NCBI GenBank assembly: GCA_048940925.1
Contig: JBHLOC010000018.1
Span: forward strand, 22,501 to 86,500
Source of the DNA: Promethearchaeota archaeon
Lineage (GTDB): Archaea; Asgardarchaeota; Lokiarchaeia; Sigyniarchaeales; SOKP01
Direction of reading: 5' to 3'
DNA length: 64,000 bases
Shown piece after piece: positions 50,336 to 60,242 of this stretch. The position numbers were made by a program, and so were the translations under genes. Within the stretch, counting starts at the first letter, position 1, and the number at the start of each line of letters is the position of its first letter. The notes below the pieces were generated by a model. It had not been told where the DNA came from. It saw nothing but the letters and a program-made list of their open reading frames with translations, and did not search any database.

Positions 50336-51710
50336 GGTTAAGATAATGTTAAATAAGATTAAACAATACAAATTAGTTAATCGAAGTTCAATTAATTCTA
50401 TTGGAATTATATTTCTACCTGATGATCCATTTCTTATTAAAAAACAACCTTTCTTTTTAAAAAAATTATGTGGATTATCTATAATAGAAAGAAACATCCG
50501 TACTTTTATCAATAATGGGATTAAAGATGTATTTATTTTAACTAATAGTACAGAAGATTTAAATGGTGATGATTTGGATAAAAATGTCCATATAAGAAAA
50601 ATAAAATCGCTAGATATGATTAAGGATTCTTTAAACCAAGGAAAAATTTTAAATAAAGAAATTGAATATGGTATTCTTTTAAATGGCGGAATTCTAATTG
50701 ACGATAGGATAATCTCATCTTTATTAAATTCTGATGAGGAAATAATTTACATACAAGGAAAAAACATTGAGACAAACCGTAATAAAAACCAATTAGAAAA
50801 TTTAGCTTGTAAGATAAAAATTAATATAATAAATTTATATACTCAAGCAGATTCATCATTTTCTTTTAAAGATTTCATTAATTCCTCTTCTTTTAATAAA
50901 AGCTCTTATCATTCAACAGATGAAATCGCTACTTATAAATCAGATATGAGAAGAAACGTACCAATATCTATTTATGTATTTCAAAATTCTAATGATTTCA
51001 AATCAGCAAAAAAATCCCTTGTAAAGAAGACACAAAAAGGGACCTTGGATTTTATTGCTTGGTACTTTAATCGATATTTTGAAAATTTTTTTGTATATGT
51101 AATAGCTGATTCTAAAATTACTGCTAATCATGTTACTATTATTGTAAATATCTTCGGATTTTTTGTGTTATTTTTATTTTTAGTACATTATTGGTTGATC
51201 GGTCTTGTTTTATTAATCTTAATTAATATTTTAGATGGTGTGGATGGTAAACTCGCTCGTTTAAGAATGAAAGAAAGCAAAGCAGGGCACATGGAACACA
51301 CATTTGATCAGTTATATGAGCAAGCAATTTATGTGGGAATAGGACTTGGAGCGTATTTTATAATTGACTCTTTATATGTTATTATTGTTTTAATTATAAT
51401 GCTTTTAATGGATTCTTTTAATCGACATTGTTCCATGCAATATAAAGAAGTAATGGGGATTACTTTAGCTGATAGCAGTCGATTTGATCAAATCTTTCGA
51501 AAATTTGATGGAAGAAGAAATATTTATACTTTACATATCTTAATTTTTGGTATTTTAGGTCATTTTGAATATGCTATTTTTTCAATTTGTGTTCATGCTA
51601 TTATCACGAGTATAATTTATTCTATTCAAGCAATTAGACACATGAAAAAGTTAGATAATATTAAATTAAAATATTTTACTTCAAAAACTACAGAGGTGAA
51701 TAATTATTAG
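50304..51710 (+). CDS. CDP-alcohol phosphatidyltransferase with degenerate N-terminal NTP-transferase-like domain (DIPP-synthase-like)
   Basis: ITANHVT, DGVDGKLAR...G..MEHTFD family motif, multiple TM helices. Confidence 0.85.
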   Translation: MLIRIKKKKTKVKIMLNKIKQYKLVNRSSINSIGIIFLPDDPFLIKKQPFFLKKLCGLSIIERNIRTFINNGIKDVFILTNSTEDLNGDDLDKNVHIRKIKSLDMIKDSLNQGKILNKEIEYGILLNGGILIDDRIISSLLNSDEEIIYIQGKNIETNRNKNQLENLACKIKINIINLYTQADSSFSFKDFINSSSFNKSSYHSTDEIATYKSDMRRNVPISIYVFQNSNDFKSAKKSLVKKTQKGTLDFIAWYFNRYFENFFVYVIADSKITANHVTIIVNIFGFFVLFLFLVHYWLIGLVLLILINILDGVDGKLARLRMKESKAGHMEHTFDQLYEQAIYVGIGLGAYFIIDSLYVIIVLIIMLLMDSFNRHCSMQYKEVMGITLADSSRFDQIFRKFDGRRNIYTLHILIFGILGHFEYAIFSICVHAIITSIIYSIQAIRHMKKLDNIKLKYFTSKTTEVNNY

Positions 51711-52860
51711 TAATATAAAAATTGCAATTGCTGGAATTGGTAATTGCGCTTGTTCTTTAATTCAAGGAATCCATTATTATAAAACAAAAACAAAAAAGGA
51801 TGCTATTGGCTTAATGCATTGGGATATTGGAGGAAAAAGACCAGGAGATATTAAAGTTGTAGCAGCTTTTGATATAGACCGAAGGAAAGTTGGAAAAGAT
51901 GTATCAAAGGCTATTTTTCAACCACCTAATTGCACAAAAATATTTTGTAAGCAAATTCCTAAAACAGGAATTATTGTTAAAATGGGAAAAATTTTAGATA
52001 GTTTCGCAGATCATATGAACTACTACAATGAGGATTATACATTCATTTTATCTGATCAAAAAGAACCAACACAAGAAGAAATTATTCAAGAACTCAAATC
52101 TTCAAAATCAGATATGCTTATAAATTATCTTCCAGTTGGCTCTGAAAGAGCGGTAAAATTTTATGCTGAATGTGCATTAAAAGCAAAAGTAGGTTTCTTA
52201 AATTGTGTGCCTGTTTTTATCGCGAGTGATCCAAATTGGGCTCAGAAATTTAAAAGGGATAACATAGCAATAATGGGTGATGATATTAAGTCTCAAATAG
52301 GGGCGACAATAGTACACAGAGTCTTAACAAATCTTTTCAAAAATAGAGGTGTAAAACTTATGCGTACATATCAACTTAATACAGGAGGTAATACAGATTT
52401 CTTGAATATGCTTGATAAGCATAGACTTATTTCGAAAAAACAGTCAAAAACGGAAGCTGTTCAATCGCAAGCAGCAATTAGATTGAAAAATGAAAACATA
52501 CATATTGGACCAAGTGATTGGGTTCCTTGGCAAAAAGATAATAAAGTATGTTTTATTAGAATGGAGGGAAATATATTTGGCAACATTCCTATAAATCTCG
52601 AATTACGTCTTTCAGTAGAAGATTCTCCTAATTCTGCGGGAGTCGTTATTGATGCCATAAGATGTTTAAAGTTAGCTATAGAGAGAAAACAAGGTGGTGT
52701 TTTGTATGAACCCTCTTCATACTTTATGAAACATCCACCAATACAATATACCGACGATGAAGCATATCAATTGACAGAAGAATTTATAAATGGTGTCTCA
52801 GAAGTAAGAATATCTTTAATTGATAAATTGATTGAGCAAAATGAAAATGGTACTGAATAA
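51706..52860 (+). CDS. ino1: myo-inositol-1-phosphate synthase (ATT start inferred at 51706)
   Basis: IKIAIAGIGNCACSLIQG Rossmann motif upstream of ATG 51814; NYLPVGS, GDDIKSQ, QLNTGGNTDF, VEDSPNSAG. Confidence 0.92.
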   Translation: MSNIKIAIAGIGNCACSLIQGIHYYKTKTKKDAIGLMHWDIGGKRPGDIKVVAAFDIDRRKVGKDVSKAIFQPPNCTKIFCKQIPKTGIIVKMGKILDSFADHMNYYNEDYTFILSDQKEPTQEEIIQELKSSKSDMLINYLPVGSERAVKFYAECALKAKVGFLNCVPVFIASDPNWAQKFKRDNIAIMGDDIKSQIGATIVHRVLTNLFKNRGVKLMRTYQLNTGGNTDFLNMLDKHRLISKKQSKTEAVQSQAAIRLKNENIHIGPSDWVPWQKDNKVCFIRMEGNIFGNIPINLELRLSVEDSPNSAGVVIDAIRCLKLAIERKQGGVLYEPSSYFMKHPPIQYTDDEAYQLTEEFINGVSEVRISLIDKLIEQNENGTE

Positions 52861-53036
52861 TAGGTTTAAAACAACTTTAAGCTGTAAATAATATTAAATT
52901 TGATTTTTTTTAAGTTGTTCATTAGAGGTCTTATATACACTGATCCTCTTAAAGAAAAATTTATGCCTTTTTATATTTGGTCCAAGAAGATGTTTTAATA
53001 AAGTAGATGTTAAATTGGTTTTTCTCTCACTTATTT

Positions 53037-53945
53037 TTATTTTTTTTGACTTTTAACTCCTATCTCATTCCAAAATTTCGTTTTTAATTCACTTAGTTGT
53101 TTATTCTTTAATTTAGCAAAATATAAAAATCTTTTAGCGATAAGTGGATATTCATTAATTTTCAAGGATTTTATTAATCCTGCTGATTCTGCTTTATCAG
53201 CCATAATTTCACTCATTATACTGATATAATTAGATTCACTAACAGTTGAAATAATAGAATCGTTATCATTTATTTCAAGTTCGATGTCTAATTTTCTGTA
53301 ATTTAGAAATTGTTGTTCAAAGGTATTTCTCATTCCAGAACCTCTTTCTCTCCATACAAATGGATATTTAATTAGTTCGCTAAAATCCACCAAATTTTTA
53401 CCTCGTTTTAGTAATTCATGGTTTGGAGAACAAATAAATTTAAACTCATCTTCACCAATTTTGATGAAATCAAAATCTCCCTCGCGATAACTCATAAAAC
53501 TACCGATCCCTGCGAAATCAGCCCTATTTTTCTTTAGATTTTCAAGAGATTTTTGAGAATTGTTAATTGCTATTTTAAAGTTTACATTTGGATTTTCATT
53601 TCTAAAATCTGCTATATACCGCGGCAAAATATGAGAGCCTGGAATTGTTGAGGCACTTATTTTAATATCTTCAAAAAATTGAGTTTTTAATTGTGAAATT
53701 TCTTGCTGGCAATTATCCCATATATTTATTATCTGTTCAGCATTTTTGAGTAATATATTTCCCGCTTTAGTTAATTCAAATTTTTTTGTTGTTCTATTAA
53801 TTAGAGTAACATCACCAAAATCTTTCTCTAATTGCGATATTTGATGTGATAACGTGCTTTGAGAAATAGGGAGTTCTTTGGCTAATTTCGAGAAGCTCTT
53901 ATATTGAGTTAATTTTATGAAGTTTCTTAAATATTCGATATTCAT
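53037..53945 (-). CDS. LysR family regulator (resembles the selenium/sulfur-metabolism-associated type)
   Basis: SFSKLAKELPISQSTLSHQISQLE HTH, ASTIPG, RERGSG. Confidence 0.9.
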   Translation of the reverse strand: MNIEYLRNFIKLTQYKSFSKLAKELPISQSTLSHQISQLEKDFGDVTLINRTTKKFELTKAGNILLKNAEQIINIWDNCQQEISQLKTQFFEDIKISASTIPGSHILPRYIADFRNENPNVNFKIAINNSQKSLENLKKNRADFAGIGSFMSYREGDFDFIKIGEDEFKFICSPNHELLKRGKNLVDFSELIKYPFVWRERGSGMRNTFEQQFLNYRKLDIELEINDNDSIISTVSESNYISIMSEIMADKAESAGLIKSLKINEYPLIAKRFLYFAKLKNKQLSELKTKFWNEIGVKSQKK

Positions 53946-54012
53946 TCTCTACAAAACCCTCTTAATGGTTCCAATATTGTGTTTATAAATATAAAGTAAT
54001 TAATGCTTTTTT

Positions 54013-54035
54013 ATTTATCGATTTTTTAAATAAAT
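54013..54035. promoter_or_regulatory. candidate LysR operator
   Basis: Interrupted palindrome ATTTAT-CGATTTTTTAA-ATAAAT containing T-N11-A, between the divergent LysR and dsrE genes; AT-rich background weakens it. Confidence 0.3.
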
Positions 54036-54115
54036 TATAACGAAAAAATTAATAAATTTTGTATTCTCAATTTAATTATCAACTCTAAATTAAAAAAAAG
54101 AAAGGATAATTAGAT

Positions 54116-54475
54116 GTGACTGAAAAAAAGAAAATATTCACTATAGTAATTGGAGATGGAGGTTATACTGCTGAACGCCCATATACTATGTTAAGATTTG
54201 CTTATACTGCATTATTGGAAGACCATAAAATTAACATATTCTTAGTTGAAGATGGTATTTTTGTAGGAAAAAAGAATCAAGATCCTACAACTTACGATAA
54301 TTTAGGAAAGTGGATGAGGGATGTCATCGAAGAGGGAGCAAAAGTAAAAGCTTGTGGAGTATGTATGAAAGCGCGTGGAATGTCTGAGGATGAATTAATG
54401 AATGGAATAGAAAAAACAACTATGAATGGATTTGTTGAGATGTGTGAAGAAGCTGATAATATTTTATTTAGTTAA
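54116..54475 (+). CDS. DsrE/TusD-like sulfur relay protein
   Basis: IFLVEDGI, ACGVCMKARG. Confidence 0.88.
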   Translation: MTEKKKIFTIVIGDGGYTAERPYTMLRFAYTALLEDHKINIFLVEDGIFVGKKNQDPTTYDNLGKWMRDVIEEGAKVKACGVCMKARGMSEDELMNGIEKTTMNGFVEMCEEADNILFS

Positions 54476-54492
54476 AAAGGGAGTTATAAATT

Positions 54493-54720
54493 ATGGCAGA
54501 ATCTCGTAAGTTAGATTGTTCTGGGTTTGTTTGTCCATTGCCAGTAGCAAGAACCAAAAGGGAATTACTTGAAATGGAAAGTGGGGAAATTCTTGAAGTA
54601 TTTGGGGATTACGTTGAAGCAGGTGAAAATATAAAACGATATATAAATAAACACGGAGATAAAGTTATAGAATTCAAAATTGAAGGAGAAAATTATTATT
54701 TAAAAATCGAAAAGGCTTAA
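54493..54720 (+). CDS. tusA: TusA/SirA family sulfurtransferase
   Basis: LDCSGFVCPLP, GEILEV. Confidence 0.88.
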   Translation: MAESRKLDCSGFVCPLPVARTKRELLEMESGEILEVFGDYVEAGENIKRYINKHGDKVIEFKIEGENYYLKIEKA

Positions 54721-54972
54721 TTTATTCATTAAGTCTACAAATTCAAATGTTATAAAAAAATTATTTCTGCTTTTTATTTTTTTGAGTAAAATACTATTAT
54801 TAATTTAATTTCAATTCGTATTTTTCCTTAGAACATGGATTTCTAAGTATTAAGAGTTTTTATAAAGAGATATTCGAATAATTTTTAATAAAAATTTTTT
54901 ATCAAAAACATATTTAATAATTAGACTATTTTAGATATAGCATTTGCTTTAGTAATTCGATAGATATTTCTT

Positions 54973-55452
54973 ATGAAAAAAGAATACATAATTCGCAAAG
55001 CTGTCTCTTCTGATGCTAAGGGAATTCATGAGGTTCTATTAGGAGCATTTGAAGAATTTCGCAAGTATTATTCACCAGAAGGCTTTTCAGATACTGTGCT
55101 ATCAGAAAAAATTGCTTTAGAACGCATGAAGGAAATGACAGTTTTTGTTGCTATTAATCGTGAGGGAAAAGTAATAGGAACTATTGGTTGGAAAAAAGTA
55201 AGTAGGAAAGAAGGACATATACGCGGAATGGCGGTTGATCCTAAAAAGCAAGGAAAAAATAGTCCCGCTGCTGATTTATTACAAAAAATTGAAGAAGATG
55301 CCCAAACACAAGGTTGTACCTATTTAACTTTAGATACAACTGCAGTTTTAAAAAGAGCTCAAAATTTTTATAAAAAGCATGGATTTAAGAAAACAGGTAA
55401 AATAGGAGATTTTTTTGGATCAATCATCTATGAATTTGCTAAAAAATTTTAA
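54973..55452 (+). CDS. GNAT N-acetyltransferase
   Basis: MAVDPKKQG, AQNFYKKHGF. Confidence 0.9.
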   Translation: MKKEYIIRKAVSSDAKGIHEVLLGAFEEFRKYYSPEGFSDTVLSEKIALERMKEMTVFVAINREGKVIGTIGWKKVSRKEGHIRGMAVDPKKQGKNSPAADLLQKIEEDAQTQGCTYLTLDTTAVLKRAQNFYKKHGFKKTGKIGDFFGSIIYEFAKKF

Positions 55453-55477
55453 GCAGATAAAAAAATTAAATCACTCA

Positions 55478-56281
55478 CTATTTAAATGGCTTTCTGCATC
55501 GAATAATTAGAAACCAAGGAATAATTCGAGAATCATATTCCTCTGGATACTTTTTTAATGTCTCATCATCAACGTAGGGTTCACAAAACTTTTCCAATAT
55601 AAAACCTGTTTCAATAAGGAGATTCAACCATTCAGATAAAGTTCGAGTAAATCGTGGAATTCGAAATTTTCTCATTCCTTCAGTTATTTCTTTTGGTGCA
55701 GCTCCAAATATCCATTCTTCAAACTCACCGTTATAATTCTTAAAATAGTTCCGAACAATAAATCCTGTTTTTTTACCTTCCTTATTTCTAACCCACTCAC
55801 AATCATTACCTGCAAAACAAGGATGTATAATTGAAAATTGAAAAAATCCATCAGGTTTAATAACTCTATAAACTTCTGATATTGCCTTTTCATTTTCAGC
55901 AATATCCATAATACTCATTGTTGCCATGGCAAAATCAAAACAGTTTTCTGCAAAAGGGAGTTCCGTCCCACTGGCAACTTTATATTTTATTCCTAAGGGA
56001 TCTTTCTGTTCGGCTTCTTTTGCATACTTTATAAATTCTTTAGAAATATCTATTGCAGTCATCATTGCTCCCTTTTTTGCTGCAATTCTTGTATTATACC
56101 CTTCTCCACAACCAATATCCAAACCCTTTAAATTTAAAATATCAGGTAAAATTTTGAAAAAAGCAGGAGAATTTATTAAATCTCTGCATCGATCATATCC
56201 CATCCTTACGAGTTTAGTCCAGTTTTCAGCATTTTCATCCCATAATTTGCCAACTTCTTTATTATCCAGCTGAATCACCAT
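55478..56281 (-). CDS. class I SAM-dependent methyltransferase
   Basis: LDIGCGEG, AIDIS, LPF...FD, RVIKPDG. Confidence 0.9.
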   Translation of the reverse strand: MVIQLDNKEVGKLWDENAENWTKLVRMGYDRCRDLINSPAFFKILPDILNLKGLDIGCGEGYNTRIAAKKGAMMTAIDISKEFIKYAKEAEQKDPLGIKYKVASGTELPFAENCFDFAMATMSIMDIAENEKAISEVYRVIKPDGFFQFSIIHPCFAGNDCEWVRNKEGKKTGFIVRNYFKNYNGEFEEWIFGAAPKEITEGMRKFRIPRFTRTLSEWLNLLIETGFILEKFCEPYVDDETLKKYPEEYDSRIIPWFLIIRCRKPFK

Positions 56282-56344
56282 TATATGCTCAAGTAGATTA
56301 TAGAGTTAAATAATATTGAACTCACTTTATAATAAATCAAATTC

Positions 56345-56659
56345 TTAGTTAAAGATTCGTAAATGGCAACGTAAGTAAGTGGACTGACGTCTATGACTAT
56401 TACCGCCATGAAAGAATAAAATTAAAGGAAACCCACCCTTTTGGAGGTTAGTATCCCTTACTGCCTCTTGGTTCCAACGAGTGAAAAGTGTGTATTTATC
56501 TTGTGTGTTTTTATCTTAATCTTGCCCTTTATATTCATCTGTGGCAGGATACCAAAATTCTACTGGTAATTTTCTCTATCGATATTCATCACTTACTTCC
56601 TGTGTGCGTACACCTACAAGGAATGGCCTTCGAGCGAAAGAATCATGTTTAGTATTCAT
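56345..56659 (-). pseudogene. truncated alpha/beta hydrolase (PAF-acetylhydrolase/dienelactone hydrolase-like) pseudogene
   Basis: MNTKHDSFARRPFLVGVRTQ...YR*RKLPVEFWYPA...GQD*...AVRD...FPLILFFHGGNSHRRQSTYL; in-frame TAG and TAA; ends before the nucleophile motif. Confidence 0.75.
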
Positions 56660-56818
56660 TTTACTTCACTTTTTAGAAAAACTTTAATATTAACCATATT
56701 TCTAAATCCAAATTTAATCATATATTGAAATATATATAATTTATACCAAATCTATATATTGTTTTAAGAAAGAATATACAATAATGAACTTTTCAAAAAA
56801 TTGAGGTTATATTAACTT

Positions 56819-57715
56819 ATGTCCTTACAGAAAATGACTACAAAAAAAATTATTGAGAAAAAGCAAAAGGGAGAAAAAATAGTTACAATAACAGCATATG
56901 ACTATTCGATAGGAAAAATAGTGGATGAATGTGGATTTGATTTAATTCTAGTAGGGGATTCACTTTCACAGGTAATTCTTGGTCATGAAAATACATTAGG
57001 AGTCACATTGGACGAGATGATACATCATACTAAAGCTGTTTCGAGAGGGGTTTCCAACGCGTTATTGGTTGGTGATATGCCCTTTCTTTCTTATAAAGTA
57101 GATGTGAAAGATGCTGTGTATAACGCAGGGAGATTTATTCAAGAAGGAGGTGCTGAAGCTGTGAAAGTTGAAGGAGGTACAGAAATTTTGCCAACAATAA
57201 AAGCAATTATTGATGCAGATATTGAAGTAATGGGCCATATTGGTTTAACTCCCCAAAAAGTTTATAGATTTGGAGGACATATAGTTCAAGGAAGAACTGT
57301 AGATGCCGCAAAGAAATTAATAATGGATGCAATAAATTTGCAAAATACTGGCGTGTTTTCTATTGTTTTAGAAGGTATTCCATGGCAGATTGCAAAAATG
57401 GTGACAAGTATAGTAGATATCCCAACTATAGGTATTGGAGCTGGACAATATTGTGATGGGCAAATAATAATTATTTACGATATGCTTGGTGTTTTTACAG
57501 AATTTAAGCCAAAATTTGTAAAATATTTTGGTAAAATTGGAGAAGCGATTAGAAAAGCTTTAAACACTTACAAAGATGAGATTATAAACTTAAAATATCC
57601 TGATTTAGAGCATTCCTATGAATATCCAACTGATGATTTAAGTGAAATCAATAATTGGTTTGAAAGCGCTGATGTTAACAAGGAAGCAAAAAAATTAAAA
57701 GAAGATTTAATATAA
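56819..57715 (+). CDS. panB: 3-methyl-2-oxobutanoate hydroxymethyltransferase
   Basis: TAYDY, ILVGDSL, GDMPF, VKVEGG, GHIGLTPQ, IGIGAG..CDGQ. Confidence 0.96.
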   Translation: MSLQKMTTKKIIEKKQKGEKIVTITAYDYSIGKIVDECGFDLILVGDSLSQVILGHENTLGVTLDEMIHHTKAVSRGVSNALLVGDMPFLSYKVDVKDAVYNAGRFIQEGGAEAVKVEGGTEILPTIKAIIDADIEVMGHIGLTPQKVYRFGGHIVQGRTVDAAKKLIMDAINLQNTGVFSIVLEGIPWQIAKMVTSIVDIPTIGIGAGQYCDGQIIIIYDMLGVFTEFKPKFVKYFGKIGEAIRKALNTYKDEIINLKYPDLEHSYEYPTDDLSEINNWFESADVNKEAKKLKEDLI

Positions 57716-57748
57716 ATTCTAAAGTAAATAACTTATTTTTTCACTATC

Positions 57749-58063
57749 ATGGTTACTATAACCAGTTATGCTGATTTTGAGAGAAATGTCGGTGAAAAAG
57801 TTAAGATTATAGGAAAAATAGCAAAAGAAATTTGGCAACATCTCACAACATTTATAGATTCTCATCCGTTCATGAATTATTTCGATTTAGCTGATGGTTA
57901 TCAGATTGTTATATATACTAAGGATTCTATTTCCTGTAAAGAAAATATGGAACTTATAGGTCAATTGTTAAAGGTGGAGGGTGAACATAAAAATCCAAGA
58001 TCCAAAATAAATGATAAATATTTTGAATATCAATTACTTGTAGACTCTTGGAAATGTTTATAA
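57749..58063 (+). CDS. hypothetical protein (possible OB-like fold)
   Basis: 104 aa, beta-rich, GEKVKIIG pattern. Confidence 0.7.
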   Translation: MVTITSYADFERNVGEKVKIIGKIAKEIWQHLTTFIDSHPFMNYFDLADGYQIVIYTKDSISCKENMELIGQLLKVEGEHKNPRSKINDKYFEYQLLVDSWKCL

Positions 58064-58205
58064 TTTAAAAAACTTGACTTCGATTTACCTTTTATTTATA
58101 TCACTTTCTATGAATTTTAATTGATTTCTCAAAAAATACATTTATATTTACTAATTTTTACTTTGAAATAATTTAATTTAATACTAATTATGAGGTGAAA
58201 TGTGT

Positions 58206-58310
58206 ATGGTAAAAGTTGAATGTTCGAAATGTGGGACCACTTTTGAAGGAAAAACAGAAAAAAAAGCGAAGAAAAAATTAGTGAAGCATGCAAAAAAACA
58301 CCATTCTTAA
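58206..58310 (+). CDS. 34-aa C2H2-type/DUF1059-like zinc-finger microprotein (absent from ORF track)
   Basis: MVKVECSKCGTTFEGKTEKKAKKKLVKHAKKHHS; GAGGTGA SD at 58192-58198. Confidence 0.75.
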   Translation: MVKVECSKCGTTFEGKTEKKAKKKLVKHAKKHHS

Positions 58311-58369
58311 AGAACTTTTGAGATAATCTTTTATAATTAATTTTTTTCCATAATAGTATAATTTTTTTT

Positions 58370-60166
58370 TTATTTTTTAGAGTTCTTTATAGTTACATCT
58401 TTTTCTTTCACTTTTTCTTCCCCATAGGGCTTGGAAGGTTTTGAAGCATCGATGGGGGTGTTGCATATCCAGCAAACATTTTCTAAATCAGTTAACGCTC
58501 GAGCACAATTTTCACAATAGATAGCATTGCATTTGCAGCTGAACATGAATCCTGATATTTCCCCCTTGCACACTAAACAAACTTTCCGCTCTTCATGAAT
58601 TGATACTTTCTCCTCCTCAACATGAATAATTAATTCAGAACGGTTCCGAAGTAAATGATAAAGTTGTTTGTCTACACCCGCTAACTTTATCCGTTCTTCC
58701 ATGGATACATTTACATCTTTTAATCCTTCCCACATGCCTATTTGGTTATTTAAATTATTATGTTCAATGTAGATTTTAGTAGCTAATTGGTTAAAATTCC
58801 ATCTTTCTGCTATTTGTTGAGCTTGAGTCAAGAATCGGTGAGCATTTTTAATATTTAAGGTCAATAACGCCAATTTACCCTTCAAATAATAAATCTCAGC
58901 TAATAATATGTAAGAGTGGCTCGTTTCAGCAAGATCTAAAAGTTGATTAATATAAGATTCTAAATCTTCTAATATTTCCAAATCGTTTAGCATTTGTAAT
59001 TCGATTAAGAGTAATTCACACAAGTTAAGGAGCACAGCAACGGTTAGTTCATAATTAACTCCCCCTTTATTAAGGATTTGTTTCAAGATTTCTTCAGACT
59101 CGCCTCTTTTTGTAGCTCGACGACTTGTTTTCAATAATAAAGCTTTATTAAAAAGAAACGTAATATCAGCCGTGGGATCTTTCAACTGGTAATTAATTTG
59201 CTCCATTTGGTCAAGATATTGCTGTGCGCGTTCAATATCGCCCTTTTCAATTAATATTTGAATTATATAGTCGTAGTTATTTAAAACATAAGTTAGCGTT
59301 CCCAGCTCATTGAAGATTGTAGAACTTTGCTCTAAATATACTAAGGCTTTATCCAATTCGCCTTTCTTCAAGAAATTTCCACCCATAAAATTAAAGACAG
59401 TTGCAATATAGAATTTATTATTGAGTTCCTTGAACTTAGCTAAAGATTGCTCACATAATTTCAAACTACGATCAAAATCCCCTTTTAGACCGTATATAGA
59501 TCCCATAACTAAAAGAACTATGGTACTCCAATATTTATTGTGTCTTTCTTCAAAAATAGCTAATGTTTGCTTCGCTAACTTTAAAGCATTATTAAATTCT
59601 CCCTTTAGAAAAAAGAGAACATGTATTTTTATTAAAAGAGATATTCCAACGTTCTTTTTGGCATCACATTCTTTATACAATTCAATACTGTATTCAAGAT
59701 ACTCCATGGCTTTATCTGCATCAGTTTTAATCCAAGCGAAAAATGTAGCTTTAACTAAAAAAATATGGGCTTTTCTTAGTTTGTACTCTATGGATGGTTT
59801 TTGCGTATATGTTTTTAGGAGGTCTTCTGCCTGAGTTATCAATTTTTCAGCTTTTTTTTCAACCCAAAGAAATATTAGAGCTTCTACCATATGAAGTAAA
59901 GTATCAATAGATAAAAAAGTATCCCCTCGCCCTAAACTCTTTTTATATGTTTCCTCCGCAAGGTTGAAAAGATCATTAAATAATCCCTGTTGGAATAATA
60001 TTTCACATTCGAGGAGGTTATATAATATAATATCACGGATTGAATAATCTCCCTTTTCCTTGAATTCATCAATTAATTGAAGTGCTTCCTCATGTGCACC
60101 CTCCTCAATGAGTTGTTTTATAGTAATATATTTTTTCGGTTCATCTTTTAAATATGGATTGAACAT
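58370..60166 (-). CDS. TPR protein with C-terminal RING-like Cys8 domain
   Basis: TPR repeats; CLVC...CKC..IYCENC...CWIC. Confidence 0.88.
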   Translation of the reverse strand: MFNPYLKDEPKKYITIKQLIEEGAHEEALQLIDEFKEKGDYSIRDIILYNLLECEILFQQGLFNDLFNLAEETYKKSLGRGDTFLSIDTLLHMVEALIFLWVEKKAEKLITQAEDLLKTYTQKPSIEYKLRKAHIFLVKATFFAWIKTDADKAMEYLEYSIELYKECDAKKNVGISLLIKIHVLFFLKGEFNNALKLAKQTLAIFEERHNKYWSTIVLLVMGSIYGLKGDFDRSLKLCEQSLAKFKELNNKFYIATVFNFMGGNFLKKGELDKALVYLEQSSTIFNELGTLTYVLNNYDYIIQILIEKGDIERAQQYLDQMEQINYQLKDPTADITFLFNKALLLKTSRRATKRGESEEILKQILNKGGVNYELTVAVLLNLCELLLIELQMLNDLEILEDLESYINQLLDLAETSHSYILLAEIYYLKGKLALLTLNIKNAHRFLTQAQQIAERWNFNQLATKIYIEHNNLNNQIGMWEGLKDVNVSMEERIKLAGVDKQLYHLLRNRSELIIHVEEEKVSIHEERKVCLVCKGEISGFMFSCKCNAIYCENCARALTDLENVCWICNTPIDASKPSKPYGEEKVKEKDVTIKNSKK

Positions 60167-60242
60167 GATAAAATCTCTCTCAAGCTATAATTAATAACCA
60201 TTCTCTCTTTATCTCATAATTTTTATAAAAAAACTTCCTGAA

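Noticed and set aside
56345-56659. Stop-codon recoding in the hydrolase fragment and in 32428-32709
   Set aside because: Each contains a TAA as well as a TAG or TGA, and the hydrolase is truncated; simple decay fits better.
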